Of a stretch of 63,915 nucleotides of DNA, positions 38,490-52,632 are shown piece after piece. Numbering within the stretch: position 1 is the stretch's first letter; every line of letters begins with the position of its first letter. Made by a program: the position numbers and the translations under genes. This stretch comes from Paraspadella gotoi (Eukaryota; Animalia; Chaetognatha): positions 20,916,417 to 20,980,331 of the forward strand of contig CM119270.1 of the NCBI GenBank assembly GCA_051294375.1, in the 5' to 3' direction. The notes beneath the pieces are model-generated. The model worked only from the letters and a program-made list of their open reading frames with translations, made no database searches and was not told the DNA's origin.

Positions 38490-39734
38490 CTGGGCTTTTT
38501 CGTACCTCTGGCACCAAATATGAGGAGATTAGTGGACAATGATGAGCGGAGGGATGAGAAGGAGAACATAATATGTACGGAGAGATGAGAAGGAGAACTA
38601 ATATATGGACGGAGGGATGAGAAGGAGAACATAAGAGGACAGAGGTGGATGAGAAGGAGAACATAAGATGGACGGAGGGATGAGAAGAAGAACAATAAGA
38701 TGGTCGGAGGGATGAGAAGGAGACAATAATGATGCGACAGAGAGATGAGAAGGAGAACATAAGATCGACGAAGGGATGAGAAGGAGAACAATATTATGGA
38801 CGGAGGGATGAGAAGGAGAACATATTATGGACGGAGGGATGAGAAGGAGAACATAAGATGAAGACGGGGATGAGAAGCAATTGGCGAGGGATGAAAAGAG
38901 AACATAAGATTGAGCGGAGGATCGACCCTTGGATGGAAATTGGGGAGTTGTGGTGAAAGGAGAGCATTGTAAAGTGAAAGTCGCCGCATTTAGGTTAAGT
39001 GAGTGAAAAATGGGGAGGCGCAGAGGAACATGGCTATTAGTGGCGCTTCTGTGGCTTTTTTCAATCTATTGTGGAATCCGAAAAAGATAGTTTTGTGGCT
39101 ATAATCAAGCGGATAGACATGTGTTAACGTTAATTTTAATTAGACATCGTAAAATATATATTCATGGAATCAAATCTTTTTTATGACGTCAACATTTTAT
39201 TACGGACGTAACCCTAACATTTGATGTTGTTGTTGTAATTTGTTGTTGTTGATGTTTGTTGTTTGTAACGCACTTTCGCAAAATTTGTGGGAAAAAATAA
39301 AAACAAAAGGGAAATAAATGAGTCGAGCGAGACAGATAATTCTGGCTAATCAAGAAAGAGCTTAGGGTTTCGCCAAAGGGAGTAAGTTTTAGTTTTCGAA
39401 AGATTTATAATTTTTTTTATTATATCATGCGCAATTAAAAAGAGATAGATTACTTTACGATGAGATTGTGAATATTAATTCGTGAGTCAGATAAAATGAT
39501 CAAAACGCGCTTTCCTCATATTCACGCGATTAACAAGAACATATAATCCGCAGTGGAGAAACGAGATAATGGATACCTTTGCTTTATCTCATCTCAATCA
39601 TTCCACTGGTATATATCTAATCAGGGGCGCGTGGACTTTTAAGGATCAACAACAGCGCGTGTCATTTTATTCGTTTCATTAAATTGGTACAACCAGTAAA
39701 AAAACTTAACGATTTCACTTAATAAATAAGCCAT

Positions 39735-42700
39735 TGTGACGGAACAACCACAACACGCAACCTCCGGGTCAAACCATTGACCTTACTTTAACCTTACCCT
39801 CGCATCGTTTTCCCCCAGTCCTTATGGTCAAACCTGACCTTGTAATACCATTGTTATAGACTTAGCATCTGAGCCTTTTCATTGTCTATCGTTACTATTT
39901 ACTTGTTGAAGAATAAATCATTCTTACTCTGAAAACTTGTTCCGTCCACACGTGGTGAGCCCGTGAAAAACCAAACAACAAAAAAAAAACAAAAAAAAAC
40001 AAAAACAAAAAACTCTCTCAATTCATTACCTCTTCTCTCTCCTTGGATGTCACGCCGTACCGAGCATCTTTCGTCCTCCATCGCCTCGCGACGAAGAGAA
40101 GAGACATATGCAGTAACGACGCGCAATGCCTCTCATGTCCGACGGCGCGGCCACGACGAACAGCGTTCCACGACGCCGCCCCCTCCCACATCCCACAACA
40201 TCTCTCGAAAAATAAAATTGAAAAAAACTTTTTTCAACATGTTTGTACGACTAGGGTGAATGAAAAACCTCCGCCTCAATCACTGAGAGACCTAATCCTC
40301 CGTTCAGCCCGACGCAAGCACCGCGTCAACGGAATTTGCCTCCCAGCGCGGTAAGACAATGGCGCCGGCGACGCCGCCCGGCCCCTCGCCCTCCATCCGA
40401 CGCCCCTACAAGAAGACGGAATCCAAAACTCGACGTTCTTTTTGTACCCCGACACATGAAGAGTGTTCGGACCACACCTCCGTGGAATTCGGCGCCACCG
40501 GCGAGTTGTCACCTAATCCGGCGGAGAGAAGAAGGCGCAAATTCTCAGTTGCCGATTCCCCAATCTCACGCCACCGGCTAAGATCCTCAAACCGCCGCTT
40601 GCGCCAAATTGTACGCAAAGAGGTCCAACGATCCCAGCAGCCAACCCTCGGGTCCGCCCATCTGAAAACGACAGATATATGGCTGAAGATGCCAACAAGG
40701 CGCGACTGCAAAGGCACAAGTTTGAAGATGACGTCATTCGACAACGGTAGCGTCACTCCTTCTTCAACACCTTTCGTGCCAAATCTGACGCCGTTCCTCG
40801 AAGGCCTCACCGGATCGACAACATATCAAAGGCCGCCATCTGGCTGCCTCCCTCCTCAGAGCGTGAGAGAACACGCCGTCGGGAGGGACAAAGAAGTGCC
40901 CGTCGACATTCGCCAAAGACGCTGAACGCACGTTTTCCTTCGCTTAACTGTGTCAGACTCCGCAGCACCGTGACTCGTGTCGCGCGCTCCACACATCCGG
41001 TACGCCGTTTCATCCTCCATCGAGCGTCACAGGTGGACGACGCCACTGGAAACGGGCGCCAATGAATCAACTGACGCCGACGATGCCTCTTTCTCTTACG
41101 CTAACCGCAGGTCCGAACGACCGCCGCCAAGCGCGCTGCATCGCAACCGCTCCATTTTCTCTAGCAAGCACGGCAACCGGCCACGCCAGCGCACGCCTAG
41201 CAAACAGCGACCGCACCAATCTTGACGCCCCCGATCCCCTCAGTCACCGCGAACCGCCTATGGGTGAATCCAAGTGTTCCTCATTTCACTTAACAACGGC
41301 ACCAACGACTTTCCAAAATGGGCCATGCGACACTAGACCGAGATGGCCGACCATGCCCAGACTGGCGCCGTCAAACCGCCAACGCCGGCCGCGCTAGTCG
41401 CCATCGGCGAGTCGACCCGGCCAAAACTCGACTCTAAACTCCTTTCTCCCGTGCGCGCGATCCCGGACGCCGGCCTGTGAGTGGCGGTCGTCGGACGGTG
41501 CTGCTCGGGAGGCGACTCTCATACCCGCCTCTGCCAGCTGACCGCCGCTTCCGACGTAAATGCAAAATCCTGCCGCCCGTCGAAAGGCGCACGGCCGACG
41601 CTACCCGCCGCCGACCAACGCTCCCGCCACTCGTCAGCTCTTAGCTGCAAGTCGAACACGAGATCCGAATCGAACTTATTTTGAGACATTCGAGAACTGG
41701 ATGGGCATTGCGACTTGGGTGTGAAAACCGCTGCTGTTTCTTAACCATATTCTCGTCGATTAACATTGCGACGTCGCCAACGCTCCCTATTCTCGGGCGC
41801 CGACCTTCCTGATGGCAGAATCTCGTATGGCGCCGCAATCACCAACGCCGTATCCCTTCGCCATCGACCTCGAATAGCGAACTATATGGTATCATCTGGC
41901 GTGGCATAATTTGCCACACGGACTCCGCCTCAGCCACGTGAGTGCCGCGTCCTCCCGTGTTTTACTACCGTCGCGATGGCCTAACTTCCGTGTCGCTTCA
42001 TTGGACGAATAGGCCGACCGGAGAACTTGACGAGAACTTGCGTTCTTATAAGAACTCGGGCGACCGCCGCACGGCATGGCGTACAAGATCACTCAGCAAG
42101 AGTACACCCCGAACGAAGGTCCGCCCGTCTATCGCGCCGCGCCTCGCACGAGCCTCGCCCAACATCGCTACCGTGCAAGACGTGCCAGCTGCCGATAAGG
42201 CCGAGGTTCCAGAAGATGTGGAAACTCCGAGATCATCCGCTGCGCTGCAACACTTCGCGAATACTTAGCAGTCTTCCGGGCACGTGTCGACCGCGTTGCC
42301 ACGTCACTCGGAAAAAGATGACCCAGACGGCGCTATGCATCTCTCGACCAGGAGTCTTCACACAAATATCCTACACACTGCGGCGACTACCGGCGGCCTC
42401 AGTATGGGGCGGTCACGGTTCGCGCGATGCACCGCTACTTCCGGTACATTCCGCCATCTGATGCGACTTTAACGCCGACGTTCGCCGGAAGACGCGTTGT
42501 TCTCAACAGATCGACTATGATGGCAAAGGGTATCCATGCAGATGCCCTGTTAGCAACCAAGGAAGATTCGTCATAAAACGGCCTCAATCACTCACGCGTT
42601 TGCGACCTTTACGAGTTTGCTCTGCCACTTCGGCTGGAAGAATGCTGGCCAGGACTTCAGGCATGATGGATCAAGGTCCTTGTGATGCTCGGTGCATTTA

Positions 42701-43158
42701 CCCCGACAGATCTTTCGTTTATTGTAGACGACTCTCGCCTCGGTCGTCATCTCCACTCTCGCCATGTAAGGTAAACACCAGAGGACCTCAAGACGTGGTC
42801 CTGCAACGCCCTCGCGAGCAACCGAGGGCCTCAGTCGTCAATCGCGACCTAAGTCGCGTCTTCGGACGCCTCCAGCCTGGAGTGTCCTGCTACACCGTCG
42901 ACAAAGATGGCCGTCCAGCCCTCCTTTTCCGGCCAAAAGTAGTAGCCCGCTGTCGCTGTGAAATGCAACGCCTATTCCGTTAAGGAACTGCAAACGCTTC
43001 CGTCGGAGGTTTTTAATTTATTACCGCGTATTCCAGTCCTACACGCCGCCGACTATCTCGAATCCGCTCCTTGAAGAATTTAACTTCCGCGGAAAACCGC
43101 GCGTAGGCGCTCAAGGTGGAGAGGCGCCACAAGACGCCGCGTACTCGTCCCTTTCACC
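39735..43158 (+). mobile_element. Ty3/gypsy LTR retrotransposon, 5' LTR 39735-39950 plus heavily frameshifted gag-pol, truncated at N-gap
   Basis: LTR with inverted ends TGTGACGGAACAA...TTGTTCCGTCCACA and an internal AATAAA. PBS-like TGGTGAGCCCG at 39953. Fragments resemble RT (SFHLTTAPTTFQ ~ PFGLxNAPATFQ), RNase H (CD.., LPDG) and then integrase (CKTCQ), in RT-RH-INT order. Confidence 0.72.
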
Positions 43159-43183
43159 NNNNNNNNNNNNNNNNNNNNNNNNN

Positions 43184-43600
43184 TCTTCTTTCTTTCTCAA
43201 CAAGATGTAAGTTTGTCTTTTTACTTTGACTTTCGTCTTATACATGATCCTTTGTCTTAGTTTATCTTCGTAATTAATTAATTTTAATTTTAATTTTAAT
43301 TTTTGATATTGAAATAATAAGAGACCATTTGAGAGAGAAATCAATAGATCGACATAATACAGAGAGAGAGTGGATGACAGTAAAATAAAAAATAAGAATG
43401 AGATAAGGAAAAAAAAAATTAGTATAAAGAATGTAGTCGGGCATTTCACATTCAGTCGTGACCCGGTGAGTAATCTCATCAACTCATGACAATTAGGTAC
43501 CGAAATCGATCACAAATGGTGCCTACCCTGCGGGAAGCGTGAGGACGGACGTAAACCCCCTTAGGGGGCCTGGAAAACGCTCAGGCCTGAATCCAAGCCC
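43184..43600 (+). repeat. Diverged direct copy of 32326-32782 (probable second haplotype)
   Basis: Same sequence with SNPs and small indels. ORFs 32259..32681 and 43111..43482 are near-identical. Confidence 0.88.
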
Positions 43601-44494
43601 AGGACCCGTTCCATGGCTGCTAGAGGGATTTAGGAAGTAGCGGATTGCACAAGCACGAAACATTAACAGTCTGTTCCTTATCCCTTTCTTTCAGTCATTC
43701 CTCGATGCCGAGGAAACGTGGATCGTCTGACATGTACTCAGTCTGTATCGCGGAATGCAAAGTCGCACTGGGAAGTTATGAACAATGTCATGTCCCATGC
43801 TCCCGGGTAAGTCATGTCATGTCCCATGCTCCCGAGTAAGTCATGTCATGTCGATATTAACTTCATTGATTAAAAAAAAACAGTAACGGTAACAGCGTAA
43901 AAAGACCGGAACGCGGTAAACAAATAAAAACTACACTGATAACAAAAATATAGTAAAAAAATCTAAAATCAAAACTTATAACATTACTAAAATGTTAAAA
44001 AAAACTTCATAGAAAAAACTGTAAAAGCAAAAGTCAGTTACAAATTTAAAAAAAAAATGTTTAAAAAGTCAAATGCAAAAAAAGTCAAAGGATTAAAACG
44101 TTCAAAACGTTAAAAAAATTAAAAACAAAAATGTCATGTATAAAAAGGAAATAAACGTTAATAAAATGTTGAACTTAATATTTGAAACAAAAGATAAAAA
44201 CAAAAGAAAACGTTAAAGAGGACGTTTATTTCTTTAAATTTTTTAATTCTTTAAATTTCTTTAATTTTTTTTTTATTAATACCAAAAAACAGTATGACAA
44301 AACTCAGAAACAGCTATCAGTGTAAAAATATTAGAAAACGGTAAACAAGTAAAAACTAAACCATATTTCTTAAAATTTTTTTTTATTAATACCAAAAACA
44401 GTATTTATAAAATCAGAAACAGTAGCAGTGTAAAATACTAATACTAAAATATTTTGTTATATATATTTTTTTTATTAAAATCAAATGACAGAAA

Positions 44495-44712
44495 ACGACA
44501 TAATGACACAATGACATAAATGACATAAAATGACGTAAATGACGTTATGACGTAATGACTAAAGGACTAAACATGACTAAACATGACCCAGACAATAAGC
44601 ATTGGACATTTGACTTAAAATGATATAAAATGACGTAAAAAAAGTAATGACATAATGATGTAATTACTAAATGACTAAACGTGACTAAAATGACATAATG
44701 ACATATTGACTA
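44495..44712. repeat. Degenerate (AATGACATA/AATGACTAA)n satellite
   Basis: Repeated TGAC cores at 8-10-bp spacing. Confidence 0.7.
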
Positions 44713-46994
44713 AAAAATATTCTGTTGTTAATATTTTAAGTATTTTAACGACAAAAAAATTAATTTTCTTGTTTTCAAAGTAAGCAATCGTTGCTGTATA
44801 AAATTTAGCGCGTAAAATCAATCTATAAAAACAATTATGACAACAAAATCAAAATATACTAAGTATGTACAACCAATATAAAATATTAAAGTAACGCAAT
44901 AAATAAGCTATCTTGTCCATAACTTTACCCACACTGTGTTATATGTATTCAAACTGAATTTCTACAATATGCAAACGAGATTTAGGAGCTCTGTAGTCGT
45001 ATACCGCTATATATTTACAGAAATTGCCAGAAACGATAAGTGATTTGTAACGCGAGAAGCCTTACAGTAACTTTACTGGGAGCCGACAACAAGTGTTTTG
45101 TAAAAATGAAAAATGTATATGCTGATTGTTCTTCTGTCAATTTTTTTCTTCTTTAAGTTCGCGACTGTGAAACGGAGTCTGAAGCGAAGCGCCTCTAGCG
45201 ACGAAATGCTCAACGAAGACGAATATCAAAACAAAAGGTCGGAAATCATCAGGAAAATCCAAAACTTATTGAACGCTCTCTATTGATTTAGCTCAACTTT
45301 ATTGTCACATTTCGGACGAAGTAACTTTCCAAAAAAAAAAGAAGAAAAAGTCACTCAATTTGTACGGACAATTATGTATCAATTACTTCGAATCGTTCTG
45401 TATTTTTTAGCTTTTCCAATGTAGCTAAATTTACGATAACGCGAAATTATATATAAATTTGTCTTTGCGAATACACAGGTCCCTGCCCGTTTCTTTTATG
45501 ACGCATTAATTATAATTTTTGGTAATATTTTCTCTTTAAACATAGCGAGAGTAGTCAAAGAAATAGTTAAATATTTGGCTAAATAAACGAGACGGCAAAC
45601 GAAGAATGAAATAATGTCAAAAACTAGGTATTAAAGCTAATAAAAATAGGGTGAGGGTGAGAAAAGCTTTAAGAAGAAACGATTAAAAACCAGAAATTAT
45701 TGGGTTATAAAAACTAAAATCTGACAACAGGTTTTACCCTTAATAATAACGATTATTACATTTTTGCGGTTCGTTAGCTAAGGAGTTAGTAATGCCGAGT
45801 GGGATTTAATTTACCGTGGGAGAAATATATTAAAGAGTTTCGTGCTTTTGAGAACAAAGAGCACAATGATCATGGTTGATTAATTTTTAAGATGCAATAC
45901 TAACTACTAAATACTTATTTATTTAACAAAAAAAAATTAGTAGTATTCGTTTAAAATTGGTGCAACTAATACGAAAAAAATATCCGTTGATTATTATACT
46001 TGTATTATTCATGTTTTACCATTAAAATTGAATACAGAATTTAGTTAGTTAGTTTAGTTACAAGATAATATCGTAGCAAGATTCCGCAAGCTTTTAATCA
46101 AGCTTTTAATCAAGATTCAAGTCTANNNNNNNNNNNNNNNNNNNNNNNNNNNNNNNNNNNNNNNNNNNNNNNNNNNNNNNNNNNNNNNNNNNNNNNNNNN
46201 NNNNNNNNNNNNNNNNNNNNNNNNNNNNNNNNNNNNNNNNNNNNNNNNNNNNNNNNNNNNNNNNNNNNNNNNNNNNNNNNNNNNNNNNNNNNNNNNNNNN
46301 NNNNNNNNNNNNNNNNNNNNNNNNNNNNNNNNNNNNNNNNNNNNNNNNNNNNNNNNNNNNNNNNNNNNNNNNNNNNNNNNNNNNNNNNNNNNNNNNNNNN
46401 NNNNNNNNNNNNNNNNNNNNNNNNNNNNNNNNNNNNNNNNNNNNNNNNNNNNNNNNNNNNNNNNNNNNNNNNNNNNNNNNNNNNNNNNNNNNNNNNNNNN
46501 NNNNNNNNNNNNNNNNNNNNNNNNNNNNNNNNNNNNNNNNNNNNNNNNNNNNNNNNNNNNNNNNNNNNNNNNNNNNNNNNNNNNNNNNNNNNNNNNNNNN
46601 NNNNNNNNNNNNNNNNNNNNNNNNNNNNNNNNNNNNNNNNNNNNNNNNNNNNNNNNNNNNNNNNNNNNNNNNNNNNNNNNNNNNNNNNNNNNNNNNNNNN
46701 NNNNNNNNNNNNNNNNNNNNNNNNNNNNNNNNNNNNNNNNNNNNNNNNNNNNNNNNNNNNNNNNNNNNNNNNNNNNNNNTCTTTTCTTTTCTCTCTCTCT
46801 CCACTGCAATTTACCCAAATAATTAAACGTTAATTAAATCCTCTCCGAATTCTTCTTCTTCTTTCTCCTCCTTTTATTTTCTCCTCTCCTTTTCGCTTTT
46901 TCTCCTTCTCATTCGTCTTTTGTCTGTCGACGTCGATTATTTCGTTCGTTTGAGCGAAAAAAGACTCGAAATGACGCGAAGATCGAGAAGAGAA

Positions 46995-48260
46995 ATGAAG
47001 ACGACGACGATGATTGAAGACGATGAAGACGACGACGATGATGAAGACGATGAAGACGACGACGATGATGAAGACGATGAGACGACGACGATGATGAAGA
47101 CGATGAGACGACGACGATGAACGACGACGATGAAGACGACGACGATGATGAAGACGAAGACGGTGAAGATAATGACAATGAGGACAGATGAAGACGACGA
47201 CGATTTGATGAAGACGATGAAGACGACGACGATGATGAAGACGATTGAAGACGACGACGATGATGTCGAAGACGGTGAAGATAATGACAATGAGGACGAT
47301 GAAGGACGACGACGATGATGGACGAAAGACGGTGAAGATAATGACAATTAAGGACGATTTGAAGACGACGACGATGATGAAGACGAAGAAGACAATGAAA
47401 ACGACGACGATGATGATGAAGACGGTGAAAATAATGACATTGAGGACGATGAAGACAACAATGATGATTAAGACGAAGAAGACAATGAAGATGAAGACGA
47501 TGATGACAAAGACGGTGAAAATAATGACAATGAGGATGATGAAGACGACAGTGAAGATGAAGACGATAATGATGACGATGATGTCGAAGACAGTGAAAAT
47601 AATGACATTGAGGACGATGAAGACGACGACGATGATGAAGACGAAGAAGACAATGAAGATGACGACAATGATGATGAAGACGGTGAAAATAAGGACAATG
47701 AAGACGATGAAGACGATGTCGATGATGAAGACGATGAAGACAATGAAGACGACGCCGATGCTGACGAAGACGGTGATGATAATGACAATAAGGATGATGA
47801 AGGTGACGACGATGATGAAGACGATGAAGACAATGAAGATGACGACGAAGATGGTGAAGATAATAACAATGCGGATGATGAAGACGACGACGATGATGAC
47901 GATGATGGTTACCATAATGTCAAGGAGGACGATGAAGATGACGACGGTTATGATGAAGACGAAGTGGACGATGAAGACAACGATGATGATAACGAAGATG
48001 ATGATGACGACGATGAAGACACGACAGTGACAATGAAGATGAAGACGACAATGAAGATGACCACTACAATGATGACAAAAATGAAGATAACTAGAAAGAA
48101 GACGACGATGAAGACGACGGCGAAAATGAAAAAGAAGACGATGACGATGACTAAAGACGATATTGATCCTCAAGAAGATGACAAAGACTTTTATGATGAA
48201 AAAGATTATGACATAAACTCTAAATATAATAATCATGGTGATCACAAAGGCAACGCTACG
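46995..48260 (+). repeat. Compound GAC/GAT/GAA repeat with a higher-order unit; Asp/Glu-rich in one + frame
   Basis: Recurrent GACGGTGAAAATAATGACA(A/T)TGAGGACGATGAAGAC block embedded in trinucleotide repeats. Confidence 0.8.
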
Positions 48261-48414
48261 TAATAAATACATCTCAAGAAAAAAAACAACGAAAGTATCA
48301 AAATGACAACAACAAAAACCATGATCCAGGATCCAAAATTTCTTAAATGGAACCGGAACTGGATAACGAAAAAAGATGATCACTACGACAGGTTCCATAA
48401 AGTTTTGAAATTGT

Positions 48415-48500
48415 GTCGGCATTCGGCATAAGCATTTGGCGTCGGCTTTCGGCATCGGCATTCGGCAAAAGGATTCGGCATCGGCATCAGTATTTGGCAT
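48415..48500. repeat. (TCGGCA)n hexamer repeat
   Basis: Directly visible. Confidence 0.75.
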
Positions 48501-49269
48501 TCATCATTCGTCATCTTTCCCCAACGGCATTTTTGAAAAGGGTCCACTCGGAATCAATGGGCGTAACGAAGCCTTTGGTCACGACTCCCACTGGGAGTCC
48601 CTGTGCCCAAATCCCAAATGACGAATCGGACAAATCAGGGCAGGGTTTAATCTGCCCGACTGAGTTGAAGGCTGGATTCAAATTTGATCGAGCAGGCGCA
48701 TTGCTAGTCCTGGAAGAGGAGCGGTGATGGCGGTGATAGCTGTGATAACGTTAGGTTAAAACAGAGATGGAGGGAGATGGATCGAGAGGCCTCTATTTTG
48801 GATCAAGTCAAGTCAGGTCACTTTTCAGGTTTCTGGTCAGGCCTCGAGTCTGGCCTCTAGATGGATCAAGTCTGGCCTCTAGTTAGGCCTCTAGTCAGTA
48901 GTCAGGTTTCTGGACAGTCATCTAGTCTGGCCTATGGATGGATCGAGACTGACCGACTGACTAAAATAATCACAACCCCCACAGATAAAGTATCAAAGCA
49001 GACGTAAAATAACTGTGACAAAATCTTTGTCTTTCAAATTATATTTTTCTCTTTGTTCCTTCATCTTGTTTTGTCTTCAAATTCTGTATTTATAATAATA
49101 ATATTATTGAATGAATGAGAATGAGAATGACTCGCGCAAAATGTTAATTAAGTTTTAATTCAATCATTTTCTCCTTTAAAATTAAATCTTTTCTTTTCCC
49201 TTTTTCTCTTTCTTTGTTTTCATTGTTTGCCTTTTATTTTGTCATTCTTTTCTCTCTCTCTCTCACTCG

Positions 49270-49304
<35 letters not shown>

Positions 49305-49380
49305 TTACAATAAAATACAATTAATCTTTATTTGGTTTTAATCCGAAGAAAGACTCGAGAGCCGAAGAATCATCATCATT

Positions 49381-49411
<31 letters not shown>

Positions 49412-50454
49412 ACGTATTATGGCTCCAGGGCCTAAAGAAGACTTTTTCGCTTTTTGCCCTGGAGTCTGTCCTCGTTGTCTTTGTCCCTCATCCTCGTGGT
49501 CGTCGTTGTCTTCCTCCTCCTCCTCCTCCTCCTTTAAACTTTGGCCCCCAGGAGCTGCTCATCCTCTTCCCCCTCCTTACCCCTGAGGGCCTTCATCCTC
49601 GAACTCACCTCTTTTCCTTCTCCTTCCCTCGAGGGATTTTTTTTCGAGGATCCGCTGGAACGACTTACCCGCCCTCGAAGCGACGCCGCCCCCCGTTATC
49701 TCTCTGCCCCCCCCTAGAGGAATTCCAGTTTGGCGAAGCGCAATTATCGATCCCCAGTTTCGGCCATTTAAAAAAATGCCGCCATTTTGTTGGTGGGATA
49801 GGAAAGCGTTTATGCACAGTGGAATCTTGTGGAGGGTGAAGAGCGAGAAAAGCGTGAGTGCACAGTGAAATCTTTCGAAATGAAAAAAAGAAAAACGAGA
49901 AAAGCGTTCGTGCACATTTTTATTATCTTACGAAGGATTAAAGAGAAAGAAAAGAGTTTATTTATAACAATAAAATTGTGAGAAATAAAAAAAAAACTTT
50001 ATTCACAAATGAGTTTTGCAGGAGGAAATAAAATGTGTTTGTGCACAGTAGATTCTTTTGGATGGAGAAACAAGAAAATTAGTTATTTACAGTAAAACTG
50101 GAAAAGGGAAGACAAAGGAAATTACCTGTACAAGGGAAAATATTAATGCGCAAATTGAATAATATAAAAATAATTGGGAACAAACTGTTTTTAAACGATC
50201 TTTTACGTTTAAACAATTTTAAACTAATTGTGATAAATGGCATATCTTTCACAAATAATACAATTAAACTTACAATATATTCTAGTAGTTAGCTATCTTA
50301 GATTTATGCAATCAACTTATCTTTTCCTATCAATATCGCCACTTGCCACTTATCTGTGCGGGGGTGATCTGGCCAGGAGACCAAGTGGAAAAAGTAAGGA
50401 AAGGTAAGGCTCGTGTCTTTTTCTCTCTCTGAGATATTATCAAGAACGTTAAGA

Positions 50455-50495
<41 letters not shown>

Positions 50496-50903
50496 AGTCG
50501 AGACGAGCGACTTACCCTGGGGCTTCCTTCAACTCCCCTCNNNNNNNNNNCGTCACACGAGAAAAAAAAAGGCTGACAGGAAAATGAGGGGTCATCATAC
50601 AAAACGAAGCTCAATTTCGCTTTTGTCAAACTTTTACTTCTTCTCCCTCCTCCTCCCTTTCCTCCCCCTTCTTCCCTCCCTCTTCTTCCCCCTTCCTCCC
50701 CCTTTCTCTTCCCTTTTCCTCCCCACTTCCTCTCCCCTTCTTCCCCTCCTTCCTCCCCCTCCCTCCCCGCTTCCTCCCCTTAAAATTACCGGGGAGTGCG
50801 TTGAAATGGCGGCACAAATTACAGGGTTGCCCAAATTTGATTTTCGCAATCGTTTAAAAAGAGTGTTTTTTTTTTTTTTTCCAATATTTTCAATACTATA
50901 TGC

Positions 50904-52185
50904 AAATTGCATATGAAATTCGTACAACCAATATGAAATTATCCATTCCTTTATTAAATAAGCTATCCTGCCCCTAATTTGGATAGACTTTGGTGGTTTA
51001 AGGCCTCCACGCCAATATTTTATGATGCATAATGAAAATGCTTGAAATAAGTCAGATTCCATTTGGAAAATCTTTGGATGCAATCGATGGGAAAGTAATC
51101 GTGAACATCGTCGCTTGTTTGGTTATCATGACTTTATAACTATGTTTAACAAACGTAGAAAGACTTTTATTTCTAAGATTTTTTCCTTAAAAAAATTCCA
51201 TTCTTAAGGGTTTGATTCCCTTTTTTACGACATGAAAACAATTTTAAATATTGTTTACTGTCACTACTTTATTATCATTATTATTTTCCCTCTCTCCCCC
51301 TTTTTTTAAACTCATTTTGCAGACTTATGTATGTATGTTTTGTTTGTTTTCTGTACTGAATCAACCTTGTTGCATTCGAATAAAACGCTTATTTTCAGTT
51401 AGATTTGCTGGGTCTATTTTTTTCTCCGGAGTTCTAATTAAGTCTCAGCAGTTCTAATCAAGTCTTAGGATTACTCTTAAGGCTTTTTCCTCTTTTTACA
51501 TCGGATTTAACTAAGTACTAACTAGGTACTGAGTTACTCTTATAGCCTAAGTAAATTTTATAGAATCTCGACCTCTTTCTTCGTCCTTTGGGTTTTACCA
51601 AGAATACAGAATAAACAGGTGTCTTCTGTATTCCATTGTTTATTTTAACCGCCCAAAAATTAATAAATAAACTCGATTAATTATTAAATTCTTAGCGTCG
51701 ACCGAAAAAGAAGTTTAAAACCGAGGTTCACAGTCTCTGAGTCACCGAGTCTCAAGTCTCAAGTCTCAGGTTTGAATATGAGATCTAATGATAAAAGTGT
51801 CATATCAAATAATCTATGATCGCTGGGTGGTGTCACTTTTGCCCTGTATAAATAGTTTGTTTTCTGGAAGACTCCACTAATGGATTTTCACAACAACTGT
51901 GACGATGACGACGATGACGACGACGACGTTGACGACTCTCTCTCTCTCTCTCCACTCTCTCTCTCACTCTCCCTATCTCCCCTCTCTCTCTCACTCTCTC
52001 TCTCACTCTCTCTCTCTCTCCCCTAAATCGGACGCCCTCTCTCATTCTCCTGAATCAAAATTTGGAAAAAAAATCTCTTTGAAAAGTTTTCATTATTTTA
52101 ACGAAAGATTAACTGAATTAATCACCGAACAAAGATAATTTCTCTCTCTCTCTCTCTCTCNNNNNNNNNNNNNNNNNNNNNNNNN

Positions 52186-52216
<31 letters not shown>

Positions 52217-52305
52217 TCTGCTCTCTCTCTCTCTTCTCTCTCTCTTTATTCTGTCATCGTCTCAGGCTAAGCTGCAAAGAAACGAGTTTTATCTCCTCTC
52301 TCTTC

Positions 52306-52339
<34 letters not shown>

Positions 52340-52341
52340 TC

Positions 52342-52376
<35 letters not shown>

Positions 52377-52601
52377 GTCCCTTTAATTCTACCCTGGGTC
52401 TGAGGCCACTTTTTCGACAAAACGTTGCTAAACGATTTCCAGCAAAGACGACGACGACGACGACGCAAGACGACGACGCACGACGAACGAAGACGACGAC
52501 GACGACGAATATTCGGTTCCGCGTCGATGATGAGTCTTCGTTGATGCGAGAAGCCAAAAGGCCCCGGCACTCCTCTCTCTCTTCCTCTCTCTCTCTCTCG
52601 T

Positions 52602-52632
<31 letters not shown>

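Larger units (their letters stand above)
25709..39734. repeat. Large inverted duplication (25709-32325 vs 33953-39734), plus a direct copy of 28942-29928 at 32793-33952
   Basis: Colinear reverse-complement identity over ~6 kb. The right arm is indel-rich and the block is bounded by N-gaps. Confidence 0.92.

Noticed and set aside
46106-46818. ORFs spanning N-gaps (also near 27041, 33517, 63370)
   Set aside because: Artefacts of translating unknown bases.
46830-48500. 556-aa hydrophobic multi-TM ORF
   Set aside because: Antisense reading of the GAC/GAT/GAA repeat (V/I/F codons), with no domain features.
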